This document shows positions 1-8,261 of a DNA stretch of 64,000 bases, piece after piece (position 1 is the first letter of the stretch; each line of letters starts with the position of its first letter). The translations under genes and the position numbers were made by a program. Origin of the DNA: an uncultured Thermoplasmata archaeon (GTDB lineage: Archaea; Thermoplasmatota; Thermoplasmata; RBG-16-68-12); contig CAVYJM010000006.1 in NCBI GenBank assembly GCA_963768855.1, positions 960,001-1,024,000 of the forward strand, read 5' to 3'. Under the pieces are notes generated by a model, which was not told the DNA's origin, searched no databases, and saw only the letters and a program-made list of their open reading frames with translations.

Positions 1-236
1 GCGGAGATCAGGGTGCCCGCGTGGCTCACGCCGATGAAGAAGACAAAGTCGGAGATGTAGAGGCCCCAGCTCACGTAGTTGTTCATCCCCGTCACGCCGA
101 GGCCCGTCGTGAACTGCACGTAGTACGCGTACAGGCCCAGTCCGACGACGACTGCGAGGGGCGCGACGAGGGCGTAGAACCGCCAGGTCGTCTTCCGCAG
201 CGGGGACACGAGCCGGTTGAAATCGGCGTCTTCCAT
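1..236 (-). CDS. NrfD/PsrC/ActC/DsrP-family polytopic membrane subunit (5' part only; runs off window start)
   Basis: Not in the ORF track. My manual translation from ATG at 236 gives MEDADFNRLVSPLRKTTWRFYALVAPLAVVVGLGLYAYYVQFTTGLGVTGMNNYVSWGLYISDFVFFIGVSHAGTLIS, which has the NrfD-family 'WGLYI.xFVFFIGxSHAG' signature. A GGAGGTGA SD at 241-248 overlaps the stop of the upstream Fe-S gene. Confidence 0.85.
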   Translation of the reverse strand, partial: MEDADFNRLVSPLRKTTWRFYALVAPLAVVVGLGLYAYYVQFTTGLGVTGMNNYVSWGLYISDFVFFIGVSHAGTLIS

Positions 237-240
237 CGTC

Positions 241-1050
241 TCACCTCCGGGCGGGCAAGTAGTAGACCCGGGGGTCCGTGCCCAGCTCCTCTTTCCATCG
301 GAATCCCGCCTGGCTCTGGAGCGTCGCGCGGAAGGGCAGGGTCTCGCCCATTCCGTTCGTCACGGCGTCCTCATTCTCGTTGCCGAAGTAGATCGCGCCC
401 ATCGGGCAGCCCGTCGCGCACTCGGGGAGCTGTCCCTGGCGGGCGTTGTGCGCGCAGAACATGCACTTCATCGCGACGCCCTTGTGGGTCGGCCACGGCT
501 CCTCCGGGGAGTAGGGGTGGGCGAGGGCCTCCGCAGGGTACGTGGGCTCCGTCCAGTTGAACGAGCGCGCGTTGTACGGGCACGCGGCGAGGCAGTAGCG
601 GCACCCGATGCACCGCGTGTGGTCCACGAGGACCGTGCCGTCCGGGTCGACGTACGTCGCGCCGACGGGGCAGACCTTCACGCACGGCGCGTTGCGGCAG
701 TTGAAGCAGGGGCGCGGGAGGTGATACGTCCCGCCCGTCTCGTCCTGGACCGTGTAGACCTGGATCCATTGCTGGTTGAACGGGACGTAGTGGGCCTGCT
801 GGCAGGCGAGGGTGCACTTCCCGCAGCCGTCGCACTTCTTCAGGTCGATCAGCATGACCCAGCTGTCCGCCGCGGACCCCCTCAACCGCGGGTCCGACGA
901 GGCCGGGACGATCTTGTCCGCCAGGAACTTGGATCCGAAGGCGAGGATCGCCACGGCCCCCGCCCCGATGCCGGCCATCTTCAGGAACTTGCGACGGTCC
1001 ATCGACCGGTCCGACGAGCCCTTACCGCCTTGCTGGATTTGCTCCGCCAT
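241..1050 (-). CDS. Tat-exported 4x[4Fe-4S] dicluster protein (NrfC/DmsB/TtrB/DsrO family)
   Basis: Twin-arginine motif DRRKFLK followed by a hydrophobic segment. Cys motifs CDGCGKCTLAC, CFNCRNAPCVKVCP, CIGCRYCLAACP and KCMFC..PECATGCP. The ORF track starts at 1065; 1050 is also plausible. Confidence 0.9.
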   Translation of the reverse strand: MAEQIQQGGKGSSDRSMDRRKFLKMAGIGAGAVAILAFGSKFLADKIVPASSDPRLRGSAADSWVMLIDLKKCDGCGKCTLACQQAHYVPFNQQWIQVYTVQDETGGTYHLPRPCFNCRNAPCVKVCPVGATYVDPDGTVLVDHTRCIGCRYCLAACPYNARSFNWTEPTYPAEALAHPYSPEEPWPTHKGVAMKCMFCAHNARQGQLPECATGCPMGAIYFGNENEDAVTNGMGETLPFRATLQSQAGFRWKEELGTDPRVYYLPARR

Positions 1051-1073
1051 GTCTCTTCCCCTCATGGCCTTCC

Positions 1074-1169
1074 TACGAGCGTAGTACTACTGATGCCGGA
1101 CTCGGCCGGTGCGAATATGTACGCGACGCGCCCAAAATACGTATTGTGCTTGTAGGCTCTACAAGTGTA
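1074..1169. promoter_or_regulatory. Divergent promoter region with BlaI/CopY-type operator palindromes
   Basis: TACAAGTGTA at 1160-1169 matches TACA-NN-TGTA. Related TACGAGCGTA at 1074-1083. Inverted repeat CTTGTAG-GCT-CTACAAG at 1149-1165. Confidence 0.55.
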
Positions 1170-1193
1170 CGGGGTGCGCCTCCGTAGATACGT

Positions 1194-1550
1194 ATGCTCG
1201 GGAGTCTCGAGAGCGACGTCGTGGCCGTCCTGCAGGAGTTGAAGGAGGCGACCACACGGCAGGTCCTGGACGGGGTGAACCGCCGGGGCCATCCGGTCGC
1301 GTACACGACCGTGAGCACGATCCTGACCCGCCTCCATGCGAAGGGCGTGATCGACCGCCGCAGCGAGCCGTTCAAGGGCGGCGAGCGCTACCGGTACGCG
1401 TACAAGGACATCGAGGAGGCCTACCTGGACAGCCTCCTGAGTGGGCTCGTGAACGTGTTCGGCCGCCCCGGGGTCACGCACCTTGCGGAGAAGATCGAGC
1501 ACCTGGATGACGACAAGATCCGCCAGCTCCGCGAGCGCTTGAAGGCATGA
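1194..1550 (+). CDS. BlaI/MecI/CopY family transcriptional repressor
   Basis: LGSLESDVV..L..L...T.RQV.....R....AYTTVSTILTRLHAKGVIDR wHTH signature. ATGA overlap with the downstream peptidase. Confidence 0.9.
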   Translation: MLGSLESDVVAVLQELKEATTRQVLDGVNRRGHPVAYTTVSTILTRLHAKGVIDRRSEPFKGGERYRYAYKDIEEAYLDSLLSGLVNVFGRPGVTHLAEKIEHLDDDKIRQLRERLKA

Positions 1551-2443
1551 CGAACCTGGGCCTCGTCCTGCTACTGTCCTCAAGCACGATGGCGGTGGCT
1601 GGCATCGCCCTGTTCCTCATGTCGAGGCACACCGTCCGCACCTCGCAGGGCGCCTCGTTGGCGCTCTTTTCGCATGGGGCCTTCGCCACCTCGGCCCTCC
1701 TGTTCGTCGTCAGCCTGGTCCATGTCCAGTCCCTTTGGCCCTTCGATATCCGGTTCTACAGTATCTCGCAGGCCCTCGTGGACGACTTCGACTGCGACCT
1801 GGCCCTTGACTGCGTCGCGACGACAGCGGTCCTCATCGCGGGGATCGTCCTTGGAGCGTCCATGGCGCTCGGCCAGGCGAGCTCGCGCGCCCTGCTCCGT
1901 CAGTGCCGCCGGCGCCTCGTCTGGCCGGGAGGCAATCTGCCACGGGATGGAGTCCCGTCGGACGTCCAAGTGTGGCTTGTGCGGGAGGCCCGTCCGGACG
2001 CGTTCGCAGTCGCGGTGCTCCGGCTCGACCGGCGCAGGCTTCTCCGCGTGCAGGATATCATCGTGGTTACGACGGGGTTCCGGGATCTCCTCACCGCCGC
2101 CGAGCTGCGCGCGGCCCTGGCCCACGAGGCGGCCCACGTGAAGGCGCACGACCACCGGTACCTCCCGTTCGTCCGGAGCCTCTCCCGCATCCTGTTCGTA
2201 GACCCGGTCCTCGGCTACCTGGCCCGACATCTCGCGGCCCGGTACGAGTTCGGTGCGGACGAGGATGCGGCCTGGGCGACGAAGGATCCGCGGTCCCTCG
2301 CGCGCGCCCTGTTGAAAGTCCACGATGCGGCGAGCCCGTCGGCCGGCGCGACGGCCTTCCTGGGTCACGAACGCTCCCCGATGATCGTGGAGCGGATCGA
2401 ACGGCTCCTCGATCTGGCGGATCGTATGGACCGCTCGGCCTAA
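1547..2443 (+). CDS. BlaR1-like membrane zinc protease (M56/M48), no penicillin-binding sensor domain
   Basis: N-terminal TM helices, zincin motif AHEAAHVK, downstream 'EFGADEDA' and 'LARALLK'. Translationally coupled to the BlaI-like gene. Confidence 0.85.
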   Translation: MTNLGLVLLLSSSTMAVAGIALFLMSRHTVRTSQGASLALFSHGAFATSALLFVVSLVHVQSLWPFDIRFYSISQALVDDFDCDLALDCVATTAVLIAGIVLGASMALGQASSRALLRQCRRRLVWPGGNLPRDGVPSDVQVWLVREARPDAFAVAVLRLDRRRLLRVQDIIVVTTGFRDLLTAAELRAALAHEAAHVKAHDHRYLPFVRSLSRILFVDPVLGYLARHLAARYEFGADEDAAWATKDPRSLARALLKVHDAASPSAGATAFLGHERSPMIVERIERLLDLADRMDRSA

Positions 2444-2589
2444 GTCGGCCCACCTGGCGTCCGTACGCGGCCTTGCCACTCGGAACGATACGATGGGAAT
2501 CGGGTGCCCTCGGGTGGGACTCAGGCCGGGTCGTATCCGACCCAGCCCGAATCAATATGTATTTACCCGACTAGATGCATTCAATACCC

Positions 2590-3690
2590 ATGGAGCTCGA
2601 GACCCGCAAGGTCCAGAAGCTCGGCTACTCCAGCGTGGGCATCTCCCTCCCGAAAGACTGGGCCTCCGCCAACGGCCTGAAGCCGGGCGCGATCATCACG
2701 CTCGCGGTCGAGGATGATGGAAGCCTCAGGATCCGGACGGGGCCCCTGGACGACCGCCCCATCACCTCCGAGGCGATGATCGACGCGGACGAATGGAAGG
2801 GCCCTGAGGCGCTCACGCGGATCATCACGGGCAACTACCTCGTCGGCCGGAGCACGATCCGCGTCCGGTGCCGCGACGAGCTCTCCCCGGAGCAGCTCCA
2901 GGAGATCCACGAGGCGGTGCGCGGCTTGACGGGCCTCACGATCGTGAACCAGGGCCCGAAGTTCGTGACGATCGAGAACTTCGCTGAGCCGACGCGCTTC
3001 CCGATCGAGGGCCTCCTGCGCCGCCTGCACTACCTGACCTCGCGCATGGAGAATCTCGCCCTGGGCGTCCTCACCGGATCGAGCTCGGGGAACATCGAGG
3101 AGGTCATCCGCATGGAAGCGGAGGTGGACCGCCTGTACTGGCTCGTGGTCCGCCAGCTCCTGCTCGCCGCGCAGAACCGGACCGTTGCGGGCAAGATCGG
3201 CGAGGGCGAGCCGCGGCACCTGCTCGGCGACCGCGTCGTGGCCGTCGTCCTCGAGAACGTCGGGGACCTCTGGGAGGAACTGGCCCGTGGCAGCCTGACC
3301 CTGCTCAAGCCGACCCGGCGGATCCCCAAGGACTTCTCGAAAGCTCTGACCGCGATCAAGGAGCGGCTCGAGAAGCTCATGGACCTGACGATGACCGCGT
3401 TCTTCACGGCGAACCTCGAGAAGGCGGACGACGCCCTTGACCTCAAGGACGCCCTCGAAACCGACCTCAGGGCGTTCTCCCAGTCGTCCGGCCTCAAGTG
3501 CGACGGGAAGGGCGGGATCTGCAGCACGTGCACGTTCCTCCGGACGGTCCTCCGTCCGATCGAGCAGGTCGCGAAGTACTACGGCACGATCGCCCAGATC
3601 ACGATCAACCGGTCCCTCGAGCCCCCCAAGGGGGAAATGAGGGTCGCCGCGGCTCCGCCGACTCCGGCGCCCGCCGTCACTCCTGGATGA
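2590..3690 (+). CDS. phoU: Archaeal phosphate-uptake regulator (AbrB-like N-domain + PhoU domains)
   Basis: ETRKVQKLGYSSVGISLPKDW AbrB-type N-terminus; 'EAEVDRLYWLVVRQL' PhoU repeat. Confidence 0.8.
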   Translation: MELETRKVQKLGYSSVGISLPKDWASANGLKPGAIITLAVEDDGSLRIRTGPLDDRPITSEAMIDADEWKGPEALTRIITGNYLVGRSTIRVRCRDELSPEQLQEIHEAVRGLTGLTIVNQGPKFVTIENFAEPTRFPIEGLLRRLHYLTSRMENLALGVLTGSSSGNIEEVIRMEAEVDRLYWLVVRQLLLAAQNRTVAGKIGEGEPRHLLGDRVVAVVLENVGDLWEELARGSLTLLKPTRRIPKDFSKALTAIKERLEKLMDLTMTAFFTANLEKADDALDLKDALETDLRAFSQSSGLKCDGKGGICSTCTFLRTVLRPIEQVAKYYGTIAQITINRSLEPPKGEMRVAAAPPTPAPAVTPG

Positions 3691-3693
3691 CGC

Positions 3694-5835
3694 CTACCCG
3701 CCGCGGCGGGCCGCGCCCGCGCCTCTCGACTCGTAGTCCTGCCGGAGCGCCTTCATCGTCTTCGTCTTGCCCGGGCCGGCCTGCGGCAGCTCGGCGACCA
3801 GGACGACGTCGTGCACGTGGGCGAGGAGGGGGTTCAGCCGCTCCTTGATCTCCCGCTGGAAATCCTCCCGCAGTCGCCGCGCGAGCTCGGGGTTGCCGAC
3901 CTGGGCCGGGTCCCGGGGCACCGCGTAGATGACGAGGCTGTGGCGACCCGTGTCCCCGACGTCCACGGCCACGGGCTTCGCATCGTACACGAGCTCGTGG
4001 CCCAGGACGCTTCGGATCTCCTCCGCGCTGGACTTGACCCCGTAGATGTTGACCATGTCGTCAATCCGGCCGTGGTGGCGGAAGTAGCCGCCGCCGAGGC
4101 GCTCGACCTGGTCCCCGTGGCGGCGCAGGGTCTCGCCGCCCGGTCCACGGGGCGCGTCCGCGTAGTACTCCCGATCCGGGTCGTAGTTGAGGAGGTCGTT
4201 GGCGAGTCCGATGGACGGCGGCACGAGATACACCTCGCCGCGCTGCGCGGGCCGTCCCTCGTCGAGGATCACGAAGTCCAGGCCCATCGCCGGCGTCGTG
4301 AAGCAGGACGGAGCGCAGGGCTGGACCAGGGTCCCCGTGATGTACGCCCCTCCGACCTCCGTGCCACCGCAGTACTCGAGGACGGGGCGGTAGCCCGCAA
4401 GGGACATCAGGTAGAGCATCTCCTCCGGGCTGGACGTCTCCCCCGTCGAGCTGAATCGACGGATGCGGCTCCAGTCGAGCCCATCCATGACGCGGTCTTC
4501 CTTCCAGCCCCGGACGAGCTTCGGGACGACCCCGAGCATCGTCACGCCCGCCCCGGAGATGAACTCGCCGTAGGCGCGTCGCTGCGTCGCGCCGACATAG
4601 AGCGCCATGGTCGCGCGGTTCATCAGGCTGGCGTAGGTGAGCCAGGGTCCCATCATCCAGCCGAAGCTCGTGGGCCATGCGAGGACGTCATCCGGATGGA
4701 CGTCGTGGTGAAGGTATCCGTCTGCTGCGGCCTTGATTGGGGTGGTCTGGCTCCAGACGATTGCCTTCGGATCCTTCGTCGTCCCGGAGGAGAACAGGAT
4801 GTTGGTCACGTCCGCGGGTCGGGCCGGCACCGCATCGATCGTGTCGCGGTCCCCCAGGAAGTCCTCCCAGGCGAGGTCGTCGGCTCGCGCGAGGTGGACG
4901 CTCTCCTTGCCCTCCGAAGGGAGGACGACCGTGCGCGGGGAGTGGGCCTCCGCGACCTTCTCGTAGATGGCGTGTTCCTTGCCGTCTCGCACATACGCGT
5001 CGATCGTGAACACGACCTTCGCGCCGCCGATCCGCACGCGCTTCTCGATATCGGGTGCGGCGGATGCATCCGCGATCCCGACCACGCTGCGGCCCGCGAG
5101 GAGAGCGCCCAGGTAGATCGCCACGGATTCCTGGGTCATGGGCAGGTCCAGTGCGATTCGCTCCGCGTGCTGAATTCCCATCGCCTCGAGGCCGCTTGCC
5201 ACGCGTGCCGCGAGCCGCCGGAGGTCCCCGTACGTCATTCGGCGGACGGTCGGATCCGTTTCGGACGCGGAGAGGATCGCGACGTTCGCGGGATCCGCGA
5301 GGAAGCAGCTCTCCGCGATGTTGAGCTCCGCGCCCGGCAGCCATTCCGGATGGGCGATCGGAGAGGCGGGGTCGCGGATCCGCAAGGGTTTCTTCCGGAA
5401 CACGACGCCGAGGTTCCGGAGGACCGTGTCCCAGAACTCGTCGCGGTGGTCCACGGACCAGCGATGCAGATCCCCGTAGCGCGTCAGATGGAGCTCGCGC
5501 ATCATCCGGCCGAGATTCGTGGTGTCGAGGTCCTCCGGTTCAGGAATCCAGGCCGGTCCCGGTCCGGCCTCATGGGGACGCCCCTCGTAGGCCCGATGAT
5601 AGAGGAACGACTGCGTTTCAAAGCGGGTGCGGAGGGATGGCGTGGACCGAATCAGGGACTGGAACTCGAGCCAGACGCGGACCTGCTCGTCGGGGTCTTC
5701 CCGCCGCGGGTGCCGGACCTCGATCGCACGGACCTGCTCGGAGACGACGCGCGCCTCCTCGGGTGCCAGGCCCGTCGCCGCAAGCGTTTCCCGCACGGAT
5801 GCAGGACGCACGCGCGGCGAAAGCGAGCCCGGCAC
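3694..5835 (-). CDS. AMP-forming acyl-CoA synthetase (ANL superfamily) with N-terminal extension
   Basis: AMP-binding motifs ILFSSGTTKDPK, YCGGTEVGG and GRIDD. GTG start is uncertain. Confidence 0.85.
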   Translation of the reverse strand: MPGSLSPRVRPASVRETLAATGLAPEEARVVSEQVRAIEVRHPRREDPDEQVRVWLEFQSLIRSTPSLRTRFETQSFLYHRAYEGRPHEAGPGPAWIPEPEDLDTTNLGRMMRELHLTRYGDLHRWSVDHRDEFWDTVLRNLGVVFRKKPLRIRDPASPIAHPEWLPGAELNIAESCFLADPANVAILSASETDPTVRRMTYGDLRRLAARVASGLEAMGIQHAERIALDLPMTQESVAIYLGALLAGRSVVGIADASAAPDIEKRVRIGGAKVVFTIDAYVRDGKEHAIYEKVAEAHSPRTVVLPSEGKESVHLARADDLAWEDFLGDRDTIDAVPARPADVTNILFSSGTTKDPKAIVWSQTTPIKAAADGYLHHDVHPDDVLAWPTSFGWMMGPWLTYASLMNRATMALYVGATQRRAYGEFISGAGVTMLGVVPKLVRGWKEDRVMDGLDWSRIRRFSSTGETSSPEEMLYLMSLAGYRPVLEYCGGTEVGGAYITGTLVQPCAPSCFTTPAMGLDFVILDEGRPAQRGEVYLVPPSIGLANDLLNYDPDREYYADAPRGPGGETLRRHGDQVERLGGGYFRHHGRIDDMVNIYGVKSSAEEIRSVLGHELVYDAKPVAVDVGDTGRHSLVIYAVPRDPAQVGNPELARRLREDFQREIKERLNPLLAHVHDVVLVAELPQAGPGKTKTMKALRQDYESRGAGAARRGG

Positions 5836-5882
5836 TTAAGGATGAGGCGGTCCGAAACGCTCGTGGGCTCCCGGGAGGCGAC

Positions 5883-6413
5883 TCAGGTCTTCTTGCTGTC
5901 GAACGGCTGTCCCGGCCGCTCGACGGCGAGTGCCTTCCGTGCGTACTCGAGCGCGTGGTCCACGGCGTCCCGCGGGGTCTGGACCGGCACGAACAGGTTC
6001 GCCTCGACGCCGGTCTTGTCCATGGGCCAGGTGTGAAGGGCGAACACGGTCTTGCCCTGGTCGAAGGCATGGGCCATCTCGCTCATCGTGCCGTACGAGC
6101 CGTTGATGGCGATCAGGGCATCCGCGGTGCGGATGATCACGAGATTGCGGGCCGTGCTCATGGCCGTGGCCACGGGCAGGTCGATGTACGGGTTCGCGTC
6201 GGCTTTGTTGCCCGTTGGCAGGATCCCGAGCGTGAGCCCGCCGCCACGCTTCGCCCCCTTGGCGGCGGCCTGCATCACCCCGTTCAGGCCGCCGCAGACG
6301 AGGACGGCGTCGGCGCGGGCGATGAGGTACCCGACCTCCTCGGCCATCCGGAGGCCTTCCTCCGACGCGATGTTGCCGCCGCCAATGACTCCAATCATGA
6401 GTTTTCGGGACAT
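5883..6413 (-). CDS. TIGR00725 / LOG-like (SLOG) nucleotide-binding protein
   Basis: IGVIGG...LVCGGLNGVMQAAAKGA..GGGLTLGILP...TAMSTARN...GSYGTMSE. Confidence 0.85.
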   Translation of the reverse strand: MSRKLMIGVIGGGNIASEEGLRMAEEVGYLIARADAVLVCGGLNGVMQAAAKGAKRGGGLTLGILPTGNKADANPYIDLPVATAMSTARNLVIIRTADALIAINGSYGTMSEMAHAFDQGKTVFALHTWPMDKTGVEANLFVPVQTPRDAVDHALEYARKALAVERPGQPFDSKKT

Positions 6414-6466
6414 GGGGGAATCTCTGTTGACGGCGCCGTCCGATAAAAGACTTTTCCGTCCGCTAG

Positions 6467-7201
6467 TCATTCCGGAGAACCAAGACCCTGGAGGAGCCCG
6501 GTCAGCCCGTCCAACGACTGGATCCAGGGGCACGGGTTCGGGGGGCTACCTTCGCGGCAGAGCAGGACCGCATGCAGTCCGGCCTGCCTCGCGCCCAGGT
6601 AATCCGCCTCGTAGCTGTCGCCGACCATGAGGACCCGGTCCGGTGTGGTGCCGGCGCGGACCAGAGCGTTGCGGAAGATTCTCGGATGGGGCTTCTCGGC
6701 CCCGGCCTCAAACGAGTACGTGACCGTGTCCAGGTAGGACGCGAGCCCCGCGTCCCGCAGGATGACCGGGAGGCGATGAGAGAAATTCGAGACCACACCC
6801 GTCGCGTAGCCTCGGTTCCTAAGGGCCTTCAGGGTGCGGACTGCCTCCGGGTACGGTCGGTACACGACGTCCCTTTCGAAGGTTGCATGGATGTCGTCGA
6901 GCGTGGCGATATCCACGTTCAGGCCCAACTGTTCCATGAGTCGCGCGTTCACGGACCGGAAGAACTCGGGCTCGAGCGCCGAAGTCATCGGTCGAATCAG
7001 GGTGACGATCAGCTCGGGCGATCGCAGGGTCTTCGAGATCGTCCCCCGGTCAAGGATGTGGCCGCGTCGCTCCAGCGCCCGCCGGAAGATCTCCGCGGGC
7101 CCCGGAATGGGAGAGAGGAGCGTGCCGCCCACGTCGAAGAACACGTGGGTCACCCCCTGGAGGGCCTCGTCACGCCCGCCGGAGCTTGGCCTCGATCCCA
7201 T
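6467..7201 (-). CDS. HAD-superfamily hydrolase (IA)
   Basis: Motif I FFDVGGTL, motif II VVSN, motif III EKPHPRIF, motif IV MVGDSYEADYLGA. Confidence 0.9.
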   Translation of the reverse strand: MGSRPSSGGRDEALQGVTHVFFDVGGTLLSPIPGPAEIFRRALERRGHILDRGTISKTLRSPELIVTLIRPMTSALEPEFFRSVNARLMEQLGLNVDIATLDDIHATFERDVVYRPYPEAVRTLKALRNRGYATGVVSNFSHRLPVILRDAGLASYLDTVTYSFEAGAEKPHPRIFRNALVRAGTTPDRVLMVGDSYEADYLGARQAGLHAVLLCREGSPPNPCPWIQSLDGLTGLLQGLGSPE

Positions 7202-7757
7202 AATGATACGGTCCCGCCTCGAAGGTCCGCGTCGGCGCGAATCCCGCGTCGGCAAGCATGGCACGGGCGTGTTGCTCGTCGAGGCGGTGCGCTTTCGGCG
7301 GACCGAACTCCATCTCCTCCTTCTTCCAGTCCACGACCCCGAGACGGCCCTGGGGCCGGAGGATACGGTGGCACTCCAATAGGGTCCCCCGTCTGTCGAG
7401 CTCGTGGAGGACGCAGGCGAGGAACACGAAGTCGACGCTCGCGTCGCCGAGGGGGATGCGGTCCTCGGTCGACCGTACCGCCGTCACCTGGGGGACCCGC
7501 TTGCTGGACACTTTGGCCTGGAGGTCCTCGAGCATCTCCGGGGAGAGGTCCACGGCATACACGTGTCCGGACCGGCCGACCAGCGTGGCCGCCGGGAGGG
7601 TGAAGTACCCGGTGCCCGCACCGATGTCCGCGAGCCGCATCCCCTTTCGCAGGTCGAAGACACGCAGGATCCTCGAGGCATCCAGGTAGGACCGGCGTTC
7701 CTCGCTGTCGAGGTAGGCGCGGTGCTCGACTTCGAACTTGTGGCCTCCCCCGGTCAT
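7170..7757 (-). CDS. Class I SAM-dependent methyltransferase
   Basis: LADIGAGTGYF motif I; YAVDLSPEM; SVDFVF; LHEL. Confidence 0.85.
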   Translation of the reverse strand: MTGGGHKFEVEHRAYLDSEERRSYLDASRILRVFDLRKGMRLADIGAGTGYFTLPAATLVGRSGHVYAVDLSPEMLEDLQAKVSSKRVPQVTAVRSTEDRIPLGDASVDFVFLACVLHELDRRGTLLECHRILRPQGRLGVVDWKKEEMEFGPPKAHRLDEQHARAMLADAGFAPTRTFEAGPYHYGIEAKLRRA

Positions 7758-7846
7758 GTGTCCACCATGGCGGTCACCACGAAAAGCCTTGCTCCCGGAG
7801 GCGCAGCTTTTATCGCCCCAGCGCGTTCGCCCCGCAGGCGTTCGAC

Positions 7847-8233
7847 ATGGCGCGGGACCCCACGAAGACATACTTTGCAGGCAACGACCGGGACCGGGCG
7901 GCGTTCGAGGCGGGAATCAAGCTCGGTTCGATCTACCATCAGTACATGGGCGCCCCGCTGACCCGCGCGACGGCCGCGGACCTCGAGCGGGCCATCGAGT
8001 CGGCGGCGCGCGTCCAGCCCGCCGTGGAGGACGTCCGCGTGCGGATTGACCGCAAGCGGCTGAAGACCCGGGGCCCGTACAAGTATGCGACCCTGTCCGA
8101 GGACATGCTGCAGGCCGAAGTCACGGTCCGGGTCGGCGCGGCACGGGCGACCGCGGTCCTCCGCTATGTGCCCGAGCTGGACTACCCCTTGATGTACTTG
8201 AAGGAGATCCGCGGCGCCTCGACAAAGGCTTAA
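7847..8233 (+). CDS. mptD: Archaeal dihydroneopterin aldolase
   Basis: 'DRDRAAFEAGIKLGSIYHQY.GAP' and C-terminal 'ELDYPLMY' signature of the DUF372/DUF381 MptD family. Confidence 0.8.
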   Translation: MARDPTKTYFAGNDRDRAAFEAGIKLGSIYHQYMGAPLTRATAADLERAIESAARVQPAVEDVRVRIDRKRLKTRGPYKYATLSEDMLQAEVTVRVGAARATAVLRYVPELDYPLMYLKEIRGASTKA

Positions 8234-8261
8234 TTACGCTCTCCCGGCTGGCGGACCTCCA

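Noticed and set aside
3811-6036. 741-aa + strand ORF
   Set aside because: Antisense shadow of the acyl-CoA synthetase.
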